64,000 nt of DNA from Camelus dromedarius. Its lineage: Eukaryota. A program made the translations under genes and the position numbers. The notes beneath the pieces were generated by a model. That model was not told the DNA's origin. It did no database searches and saw nothing but the letters and a program-made list of their open reading frames with translations. The number at the start of each line of letters is the position of its first letter. The stretch's first letter is position 1. The DNA is taken from contig NC_087440.1 of the NCBI RefSeq assembly GCF_036321535.1, positions 29,388,001-29,452,000 on the forward strand. The letters run 5' to 3'. This document shows positions 25,119-34,760 of the stretch, in pieces.

Positions 25119-26057
25119 ATGGTTGAAGGAAATCTGTCTGTAGTGTCAGAATTTGTGCTTCTGGGACTTTGCTGGTCATGGGATATGCAGGTCTTACTCC
25201 TATTGATATTTTTTATGCTTTACCTGCTCATTGTATCTGGAAATATTGCCATCATGGTCTTAATCATCATTGACACCCATCTGCATTCCCCCATGTACTT
25301 CTTGTTAGCCAACTTGTCCTTTGTTGATATATGGCTTTGTTCAGTCACCACCCCTAAGATGATTACAGACTTTGTCAGGGAGAATAAGACTATTTCCTTT
25401 GGAGGCTGCATGTGCCAGGTCCTCTTTGTGCATTTATTTGGAGGAGGTGAGATGGTGCTATTGGTGGTAATGGCCTATGACCGCTACGTGGCCATCTGCA
25501 AGCCACTCCACTATTCAACCATCATGAATCTGCAAAAGTGCATTGGGCTCGTGGCAACTTCCTGGACCATTGGCTTTGTGCATGCCATGAGTCAAATGGT
25601 TGTGATTATGCGACTGCCCTTCTGTGGCCCCAGGGAAATTGACAGCTTCTTCTGTGATATACCACTGATAATCAAGCTTGCCTGCATAGATTCCTATAAC
25701 TTGGGAGTATTGATGAATGCTGACATTGGGTTTCTGGCCATGACCTGCTTTATAGTATTGCTGATATCCTACACATATATTCTTCTCACTGTTCACTAAA
25801 GCTCTAAAACTGGTGCGTCCAGGGCCCTCTCTACCTGCACTGCCCACATCACAGTGGTGGTGCTCTTCTTTGGGCCCTGCGTCTTCATCTACGTGTGGCC
25901 ACTCAGCATCACCTGGGTGGATAAATTTCTTGCTGTGTTTTACTCTGTCTTTACACCTCTTTTAAATCCAGCCATTTATACCCTGAGAAATAAAGAGATT
26001 AAAAATGCTATAAGGAGATTCAGAAGCTACTACGTGCATTCCAAGGGAGATATGTAA
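25119..26057 (+). pseudogene. OR family 4 (OR4K-like) gene interrupted by one in-frame nonsense codon
   Basis: The two ORF-track pieces (25119-25799 and 25854-26057) share one frame. The only lesion is TAA at 25797-25799 (gtt cac TAA agc tct aaa). Read-through gives 312 codons with LHSPMYFLLANLS, MAYDRYVAIC, SFFCD, RALSTCTAH and NPAIYTLRN intact. Confidence 0.9.
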
Positions 26058-26614
26058 TGCCCAAAAACCTCACTGTAAGCACTTCAGATTGACAATATTT
26101 TGACCTTATAAAAGAGGTTGAGAATTCTAGGCACTCAGTTTATATCTACATGTTATGCGTGTCTCCAAGTGCAGGAATAGGGTTAATAAAATTCAAGGAA
26201 TTTGAACATTTAGTGCTCAACCAGTAGAGTACCATGAAATAGTTCCCTAAAATTCAAACACTAATAATCCTTCTTTGTGAGGGGATTATCTAATCAGTCT
26301 TCCTATGCTTTTAACCATGTTAAATGAGAAGCTGAAATTCATTCAACGAAGTCATACATCCATCCTGATGGGTAGCATCTTAATAAACTTCTCTTGAATT
26401 TTCTCCTAACTCCATTTGGAACGTGTTTCTGTAACACTGATGCCTTCCCTCAAACCTTTCACTTAAGGTGTATACCTAAGGGCCCTGTATAATGTGATTT
26501 CTGTCTGCTAGCCATATCTCTTACCACCCTCCTCCTCATCATTTCAGTTTCCCCAGGCTATGAATGAAAAAAAAAATTCTGATACATAATCCTATATAGC
26601 ACATTCGCAGAGAA

Positions 26615-26617
26615 TAT

Positions 26618-26672
<55 letters not shown>

Positions 26673-26673
26673 T
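26615..26673. repeat. (TTTA)n tetranucleotide STR, about 14 units
   Basis: Directly visible. Confidence 0.98.
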
Positions 26674-26674
26674 G

Positions 26675-26850
26675 GGGGGAATGGTTTCCTTAAAATGACA
26701 CCAAAACACTATTATCAAAAGAAAAAAATAGGTAAATTGTACTTCATCAATACTAAGATCTTATGTATGTCAAAAGATACAATTAAGAGAGTAAAGATGA
26801 AACTTACAGATGAGAGAAAATATTTGTAAATCATGTATCTGATAAGGGTC
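26675..26850 (+). mobile_element. L1 ORF2 3' fragment, interrupted by MLT1
   Basis: atgacaccaaaacac...gtacttcatcaatactaag...gagaaaatatttgtaaatcatgtatctgataaggg. Confidence 0.75.
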
Positions 26851-26851
26851 T

Positions 26852-27224
26852 TATAGTGGGTTGAATGATGGCCCTCAAAAAGATAGTTCTATATCCTAAC
26901 TCCTGAAACTGTTAATGAAATTTTATTTGGAAAAAAGGGTCTTTGCAAATGTAATAAGAATCTTGAGATAAGATCCTCCTGGAGAACTTGGATAATAACA
27001 AGTGTCCTAAAAAGAGATGGGAGAAGATGAGAATACAGAGGAGAGGCCACGTGGAGGTGAAGGTAGAGGTTGGAGTTATGTAGACACAAACCAGGAAACA
27101 CCTGGAGCCACCAGAACCTGTAAGTGACAAAGAAGGATTCTCCCGTAGAACCTTAGGAGGGAGCTTAGTCCTGCCAGCACATTGATTTCAGATTTCTAGC
27201 CTCCAAAACTGCGAGAGAATAAAT
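26852..27224 (+). mobile_element. MaLR LTR (MLT1B/C-like), 3' truncated
   Basis: tatagtgggttgaatgatggccc...ggccacgtggaggtgaaggtagaggttggagttatg...cctggagccaccagaa...gattctccc...gatttctagcctccaaaactgcgagagaataaat. Confidence 0.85.
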
Positions 27225-27530
27225 CAACTGATGAATGGATCAACAAATATGGTATTTGCTACAATGGAATACTATTCCACCATTAAAATGGATGAAATTC
27301 TGATGCAAACAACAATATGGATGTACCTTGAAAACATTATGCTGAGTGAAAGAAGCCATACACACAAAAGGCCACATAATATAAGATTCCATTTATATGA
27401 AATGTCCAAAATAATCAGATTCATAGAGATAGAAAATGGATTAGTGTTTGCCCGGAGATGGAAGAAGGGATTTAAGATTGACTACTAACAGGTACAAAGT
27501 TTCTTTTGGATGATGACATTTCAAAGGAGC
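27225..27530 (+). mobile_element. L1MB-like 3' fragment
   Basis: caactgatgaatggat...atggaatactattc...gaaaacattatgctgagtgaaagaagcca...gattccatttatatgaaatgtccaaa. Confidence 0.8.
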
Positions 27531-28193
27531 AATAGTCGACTCTATCAGAAACCTTTGACCATGCAATATGTAGATTTAAAAATATACATACTCTAATACA
27601 CAAAAAGTATATTCAGTATGTTCCCAATTGTGCAAAATAAATAAATATATTTCAAAGACCAAAAGAAATGTCAGCTTAAAACAGCACTGTTAGATTTATT
27701 TTTCTTAGTAGTAGGAAAATTGGGTGATTTTTTTTCTGTTTTTCTCTTTTGTATTTTCTAATTGTTAAAAATTCACTCATTTATACCAACTCTCTTCATT
27801 TGATACAGTTTAATAGAAAGGGAAAATATAGGCATCAGTCAAAGGATTATATTTGATAGAAAGGTCAATATATTAACTTCACAAGGAGGAGGTCTCGAAA
27901 AAGTGGGGAAACATGCACAGGTAACTGGCAAGACTAACAATAGCAACAACATGTACAAGTTGATTGTACAATTAACATATTTATTGATGCAGAGCCTCAT
28001 CATTAGCAGAGATTAGGAGATTTATAGTTTTCTGTTTTACCAATTGACAGGGTAAAAGAAAGAAAGAGAAGAGACAGATGAGAATGAAAAAGAATTCCCA
28101 GTATGTCAAGATTTCAGTATAAAAGCTATAGTTATACATTGTTGAAATAATTACCAATTGACAATATTTATTAGAATTTAAAATGTACAGATC

Positions 28194-29065
28194 ATATGGA
28201 TGGTCAACAGGAACATGAAAGGATGTTCAGTATCACTAATTATCAGAAAAATGCAAATCAAAACTACAATGAGGTATCACTTCACATCAGTCAGAATTTC
28301 CATCCTTAAAAAGTCCACAAACATTAAATGCTGGAGAGGGTGTGGAGGAAAGGGAACCCTCCTACACTGTGATGGGAATGTAATTTGGTGCAACCACTGT
28401 GGAGAACAGTATGGAGATTCCTTTAAAAAACTAAAAATAGACTTACAATATGATCCAGCAACCCCACTCCTGGGCACATATCTGGAGAAAATTCTAATTT
28501 GAAAAGATACATGCACTCCATTGTTCATAGCAGTACTATTTACAATAGCCAAGACATGAAAACAACCTAAATGTCCATCGATGGGTGATTGAATAAAGAA
28601 GTTGTGGTGTGTGTACATAATGGAATACTACTCAACCATAAGAAAGAATGAAATAATTCCATTTGCAGCAACATGGATGGACCTAGAGATCATCATACTA
28701 AGTGAAGTAAGTCGGACAGAGAAAGACAAATATCATATGACATCACTTATATGTGGAATCTAAAAATATGATACAAATAAACTTATTTATAAAACAGAAA
28801 TAGACTCACAGACATAGAAAACAAACTTATGGTTACCAAAGGGGAAAGAGGGAAGGAAGAATAAATTAAGAGTTTGGAATTAGCAGATACAAATTATTAT
28901 ATATGAAATAGATAAAAAAAAAAGGTTCTACTGTATAGCACAGGGAACTATATTTAATATCTTATAATAACCTATAATGGAAAAGAATATGTATGCATAA
29001 CTGAATCATTATGCTTGTACACCGGAAACCAAGACTACATTGTAAATCAACTATACATCAATTAA
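28194..29065 (+). mobile_element. 5'-truncated L1 with complete 3' end
   Basis: ORF2 C-terminus remnant ([17 protein letters not shown]) through the 3' UTR to ctatacatcaattaaaaaa. 14-bp TSD aaaatgtacagatc (28180-28193) / aaaatgtacaaatc (29066-29079). Confidence 0.92.
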
Positions 29066-29349
29066 AAAATGTACAAATCTATTTATAAATATGCTTACAC
29101 AAGAGCAAATTTGAGGTATATGCACGTCTATATTTATATAACACATATATATTTACACATACATATACACATATATGCATATAGTAGAATATGATTGACA
29201 GATGTCAATCAATAGAGAAGGTATTAGTCACATTATAGTACATATATACAGTGGAATACAGTGAAGCTGTAATTAAGTAAATAGTTTTACATATACAGAT
29301 CTGGAAAGATTTTCAATTTAAGTGAAAACAAGAAAGTGCATGAAAATAA

Positions 29350-29955
29350 TACACCTGCCATTACGGAAAAACAGTATTGAGGTTCACAAAAAATTAAAAA
29401 TATAACTATATTATAATGTAGCANNNNNNNNNNNNNNNNNNNNNNNNNNNNNNNNNNNNNNNNNNNNNNNNNNNNNNNNNNNNNNNNNNNNNNNNNNNNN
29501 NNNNNNNNNNNNNNNNNNNNNNNNNNNNNNNNNNNNNNNNNNNNNNNNNNNNNNNNNNNNNNNNNNNNNNNNNNNNNNNNNNNNNNNNNNNNNNNNNNNN
29601 NNNNNNNNNNNNNNAAGAAATCCAGCCATTTGAAAAAAAAAAAAAAAAAAAAAAGCCGTATCTCTAGGAATAAACCTATAGATAAGTGAAATAAACCAGT
29701 CATAGAAAGAAAAATACCATAAAAATACCATATGGTATTATACATGAGAAATCTGAAACAGTCAAATTAATGGATGCAAAGAGTAGAATTACAGTTCCCA
29801 GGGGCTGGAGGGAGGGTGAAATGGGGAGATATTGGTCAAAAGGGACAAAGTTTTACTTACCAAGGTAAATAAATTCTGGAAGTCTAATATACGAGCAAAT
29901 TGACTTTTAAGTATTTTATACTTGAAATTTGCTGAGAGAGTAAATATTAACTGTT
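29350..29955 (+). mobile_element. L1MA/MB-like 3' fragment containing an N-run and a poly-A run
   Basis: ggaaaaacagtattgaggttc...gatgcaaagagtagaattacagttcccagggg...tatacttgaaatttgctgagagagta. Confidence 0.8.
29424..29614. other. N-run (191 nt) inside L1
   Basis: Directly visible. Confidence 0.99.
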
Positions 29956-29959
29956 AAAT

Positions 29960-30690
29960 TAAGCCATTCTGATGGGTGTAAGGTGATATCTCATTGTGGT
30001 TTTGATTTGCATTTCTGTGATGATTAGGGATATTGAGCATCTTTTCATGTGTCTGTTGGCCACCTGTCTGTCTTCTTTGGAAGAAGTCTTTAGATCCTCC
30101 GTCCTTTTTTAAAATTTTTCAAGTTAATTTTTAAAGTTTTTTTCTTAAATTAATTGATTTTTTGCTATTGAATTGTATGAGTTTTAAAAAATGTATTTTA
30201 GATATTAACCCCTTGTCAGATATAAGACTTGGAATTATTTTTTTCCCAGTCAGTAGTTTGTTTTTTTATTTTGTTAATTGTTTCCTTTGATTGTACAGAA
30301 GCTCTTTCATTTGATGTAGTTCCACTTGTTTATTTTTGCTTTTGGAGTCAGATACAAAAAATCATTGCCAAGACCAATGTCAAATTGATTATCAGCTGTG
30401 ATTTTTTTCTAGAAGTTTTATGGTTTCATGTCTTATATTCAAGTCTTTAGTACATTTTGAGTTAGTTTTTGTGTATGGTGTAAGAATGGTGTAGTTTAGT
30501 TTTTTCACATGGCTGTCCAGTTTTACCAACACCATTTATTGAAGAAACTGTCCTTCCACCAGTGTATATTCTAGCCTACTTTGTCCTAAATTGGTTGGCC
30601 GTACATGCATGGGTTTATTTCTGGGCTCCGTATCCTGTTCCAGTCTGTTTTTGTGCCAGTATCATACTCATACAGTTTGTACAACAGTTT
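29960..30690 (-). mobile_element. L1 ORF2 fragment, antisense
   Basis: agccattctgatgggtgtaaggtgatatctcattgtggttttgatttgcatttc...ccaacaccatttattgaagaaactgtcctt. Confidence 0.88.
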
Positions 30691-30934
30691 CCAAAACTTT
30701 TGTCACTGATATTCAGTAGCAAATATAAACAAAGTAATTATAAAGCTAAAACTATAGCAAAGATAAATATGGTTAGAGAATACATAATTGTATGTAAGTT
30801 TCTTTACTACAAATGTTTAACAAAGATCATGCATTATATTTATCACTTTAAACAAATAAAGTAATTTTTTAAAACAAAGATATTCACAACAAAAAGGTAA
30901 AGTCCATGTTTCCTCAAGTTTCTGCCTACTCAAT

Positions 30935-31900
30935 TCAACAATTGTGGTCTTGAGAGAGACAGCGAGAAAGCAGCCTAGAACTTACATACCGGGTCTTCAG
31001 TTTATGCATTGCTGATTTCACCTCTTTGTTTCTCAAAGTGTAGATAATGGGGTTCAGTATGGGCGTGAAAACCGTAGAGAACACAGAAAGGACTTTATCC
31101 ACTGGGAAATTGCTGAAAGGCCAGGCATAGATGAAGATACAGGGCCCAAAAAAGAGGATCACAACAATGATGTGGGCAGTCAGAGTGCTGCGGGCCTTGG
31201 CCATGCCCACAGAGGAGTGACTTCGCACAGTGACCAGGATGACTGTGTAGGAGATCAGCAAGAGCAAGAATGAAGTCACCCCCATGAGGCCACTGTCCAA
31301 AAGCATCAACACTTCAGGGGTATAAGTATCTGTACAGGCAAGTTTGATGACCAAAGTAAGGTCACAGTAATAACTGTCCACTATGTTTGGACCACAGAAG
31401 GGCAGATTTACAGTGAAAGCTAACTGGCTTAGCGAGTGCATGACCCCAGTCACCCAAGAGCCTACCACTAGACATGTACATTTGCACAAGTTCATGATGG
31501 TTGCATAATGGAGAGGTTTGCATATAGCTACATACCTGTCATATGCCATGGCTACAAGGAGCAACATCTCACCACCAGCAAAGACATGGAGCAAAAATAT
31601 CTGTGCCATGCAGCCCGCAAAGGAGATGGTCTTGGGTTCATGAAGGAAATCATGGATCATCTTGGGGGTTGCATAAGTGGCCAGAAACACATCCAGAACA
31701 GAAAGATTACTGAGCATGATGTACATGGGTGTGTGCAGGGCAGGTTCCGAGATCACTGTGAGGACAATAAGGAGGTTGCCCAGCACAATGGTGATGTACA
31801 GGAAATTAAACAACACGAAGAAGAAATACTGGAGCTCCCAGGAACTGGAGAGTCCCAGCAGCACAAACTCAGCCACTCTAGAATTATTTCCTTGGTCCAT
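30935..31900 (-). CDS. Olfactory receptor, OR4K subfamily, intact ORF of 321 aa
   Basis: MDQGNNSRVAEFVLLGL with an N-glycosylation sequon, GN in TM1, MAYDRYVAICKPLHY, FCGPN, C179, KARSTLTAH and NPIIYTLRNKEVK. Acceptor tttctctttgcAG at 31908-31909, 7 nt upstream of the ATG. Confidence 0.93.
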   Translation of the reverse strand: MDQGNNSRVAEFVLLGLSSSWELQYFFFVLFNFLYITIVLGNLLIVLTVISEPALHTPMYIMLSNLSVLDVFLATYATPKMIHDFLHEPKTISFAGCMAQIFLLHVFAGGEMLLLVAMAYDRYVAICKPLHYATIMNLCKCTCLVVGSWVTGVMHSLSQLAFTVNLPFCGPNIVDSYYCDLTLVIKLACTDTYTPEVLMLLDSGLMGVTSFLLLLISYTVILVTVRSHSSVGMAKARSTLTAHIIVVILFFGPCIFIYAWPFSNFPVDKVLSVFSTVFTPILNPIIYTLRNKEVKSAMHKLKTRYVSSRLLSRCLSQDHNC

Positions 31901-33089
31901 TAAGTACCTGCAAAGAGAAACTTAAATCAATTACTATCAAGAGCAAGAAAAGTAGACCCCAATCCTGAAGGGTTCTTCTCAACATTAATTGAAAATGCTC
32001 TAGAATTACTCTTATTAGGAAATGTTTTGTCTATAATTTTGACAGATAGATTTTTCTGTCAGTCATCCTTACTAATGAAGCATAGCTATGAGACCTCCTC
32101 TGCTCAGTTTTTCAGAAGAAAAACCTCAAAGTGAAATTTAAAATCAGCTCAGATATAATAGAAACTGATCCCTAAACCATTTTCTGTCACACACAAAGTA
32201 AAATTTTATGCATCAGACTAACATGGATGTAAATAATTTGTAGTTGAAGAAAAGGAATTTGAACAAAATTGTAAGTCCAAGTATCACAAGCCATTGCTCC
32301 AAGTTTCTTTCTCTAGTTAAAGGTCTCATTAACATTTGTCAAAGACAAAGTCCAGGGCAAGTAGATCAAGCAAGTGATTGACACAAAACGAAAAAGAAAA
32401 GTACCTGATTTAATTAAATACAGATTTCAAGAAAGTTGAAGCAAGTTTTGGCTTCTTTCAAATTAAATGCTCCTACAAAAGCGCTGCATCAGATGTGTAA
32501 CTATAATAAATACTGACTTAGGCAAACCACCTCTTCTTCTCAGCACTCTGTTTCACCTTTTCCCCACTTTATTATCTCTCCATTTTGTTCAGGACTAGGG
32601 AATGAGCTGGGACTATGGGACAGATGTCCCATGGTGATTCTTTGTCATTAGAAGTTTGCTGGTTCGCTGAATAGGGAAAATGGCTTAAGTCCAGAGAGCC
32701 AAATCCCTTTCACCTTCCCCCATTCCCCTGAGCTCCTCCCTTGTGTCTTACCTGTACTGATTACAGGCACTGTGTTTCTAATAGATTTAGGGAAATTTCG
32801 ACATGTGAGAATTTCTGAAATATTTTAGGAAGAATTGAATTGAATCTTTAATGATATTCCCACCTTAGTAGGAAAATGGAAAAACTTGGCAGAGAACATC
32901 TGATCCCACACTGTAAGAATGTATAATGAATTTCTCTTTTAATCTTAACTGTTAAATATCACTAATAGAGTAGCCAATGTAATATATTTATATACTTAGT
33001 GTAAATCCTACTTAATTATGATGTGTTATTTGAGAATATCATTACCTGGGTTTGATGTACTCATTTTTTTTTATGTAGGATTTTTGCGC

Positions 33090-33600
33090 ATAGATTTATA
33101 AGTGAAACTGGCCTGTAGTACTTTGAAGTTGTATTATCCACATCCAATTTTGGTATTGAGACAATAATAAACTCATAAAATGAGCTGGAGTATTCAGAAA
33201 AGTTCTTTTAATTTCTTTATTCTTTAAAGGTTTGGATGACTTTGTGCATAAACTTGAATGTGTCCTGTGACTTTTATAGGTTAATATCTTTAACCTCTTT
33301 TTCAATGTATTTTATTGTTATTGGTGACTTCATTTTTCTTCCTGTACTTAAGCAAACTTGGTAATTTATGCTTTCTCAGGAAATTAACAATTCATCTGGT
33401 TGAATCTGTCAAGTCTTGTGCTTTTTCATCACATTCTTTAATTGTTTAATCTCTTCACTTGCAAATTTATGTCCATTTTTCTGATCTCCAGTGATTACTT
33501 GTATAGTTCCTCTTTTATTGTGTTCAGTACTGGTTCTTTCTTTGTCTAAGTATTATATTTTGGTTTTACTGATACCTGCACTAGTTAATTTGTTTTTATT
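33090..33600 (-). mobile_element. Old L1 ORF2 fragment, antisense
   Basis: tttataagtgaaactggcctgtagta...aataaactcataaaatgagctggagtatt. Confidence 0.65.
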
Positions 33601-33609
33601 TCAAAAACT

Positions 33610-33800
33610 TCTGTTTTAAAAGTAGAACTACACTGAAACATCATCTCTCATATAATATAATGGTAAAAATTCAAAATTCCACAACACACTCTTGACAAGC
33701 TAGGAGGCACTCTCATATACTACAAATGGGAATGCAGAATGCAACCATTATTATAGAAGTGCAGTTAGCAGTATATAGAATATTAAATATACTCTTGCAC
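33610..33800 (+). mobile_element. Old L1 3' fragment
   Basis: cactctcatatactacaaatgggaatgcagaatgcaaccattattatagaagtgcagttagcagtat. Confidence 0.55.
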
Positions 33801-34539
33801 TTAGCAATTTTACTTGAAGAATAGGAAAAAAAAACAACAGACAGATGCTGATAAGTGTTGAAGCTGGGTAATAAACGCATGGAGCGGGGCATGTGGGCAT
33901 TTTCTCATCTTTTGAATATTTCTTCTGCTTTTAACTGTATGTATACTTTCTTTATATTGTATAGCTTATTTTGTTGTCATATCACAAGTTTCTCGAGTCA
34001 AATTCCCGGTTAAGTTGAAATCATTTTATAACAATATATTACTAGAGTCCTTCATCATATGATCAGTGAATGCGAATTATTTTCCAGTTATTAAACTAGA
34101 AGTTAGTAATACAATGGATACATGATAATATAGTTCCTGACTTCACAGATTATATATTCTAAGGCAAAAAGCTGATACCTTGAGTAATTAAAGTAAAACT
34201 GTACTTGTTTTACCATAGAAGAATTGGAAGTGGTATGAGTACATTGTGGAAGGTTTTAATCTTACATTAAAAAATTATGAAGGGTTTCAGCTGATACTTA
34301 AAAGATGAATCAGAGTTAGCCAGGTTAGTGGATGTTTATTTATGTTTCTAGATGGAGACATTTTTAAATCGGGAGGAAAAAAAAATACTATATGTAAAGA
34401 GGTTAACATTTAGTGACGGTATAAAATTGAAGAACTATAAGAAATGTAATGTGGCTTAAATCTAGAGTATATGGGATTTATCTAGATAAGAAATATTATG
34501 TAATTTCTGAATTTCTCCTAAAAATGGTAAAAAGCCATT

Positions 34540-34760
34540 GGAGGAAAAGCATTGTGTGTATTAAAGGGAGTGACATGATAAGACCCACCCGGAACAGACA
34601 GAAATCAAATCACAAACTTATAAATGTGAATTCTACCACATAAATTGTTTACACTAAGTTCAAATTAACTGAATACTCCAAACAAAGTGATTATCAGAGT
34701 AGATGAACAGAAGACCCGCTTTTATGCTGTCAACAGGAGACACACTTTAGATTCCACATT
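34540..34760 (+). mobile_element. L1 inter-ORF and ORF2 endonuclease start remnant
   Basis: ataaatgtgaa...ttatcagagtagatgaacagaagacccgcttttatgctgtcaacaggagacacactttagattc, a degenerate NVN...LSEWIKKQDPTICCLQETHF region. Confidence 0.65.

Noticed and set aside
20712-29745. ORFs spanning N-runs or L1 sequence (20712-21290, 20986-21360, 28200-28502, 28277-28618, 29287-29745)
   Set aside because: These are artefacts of Ns or short dead L1 ORF2 remnants. There is no intact autonomous element.
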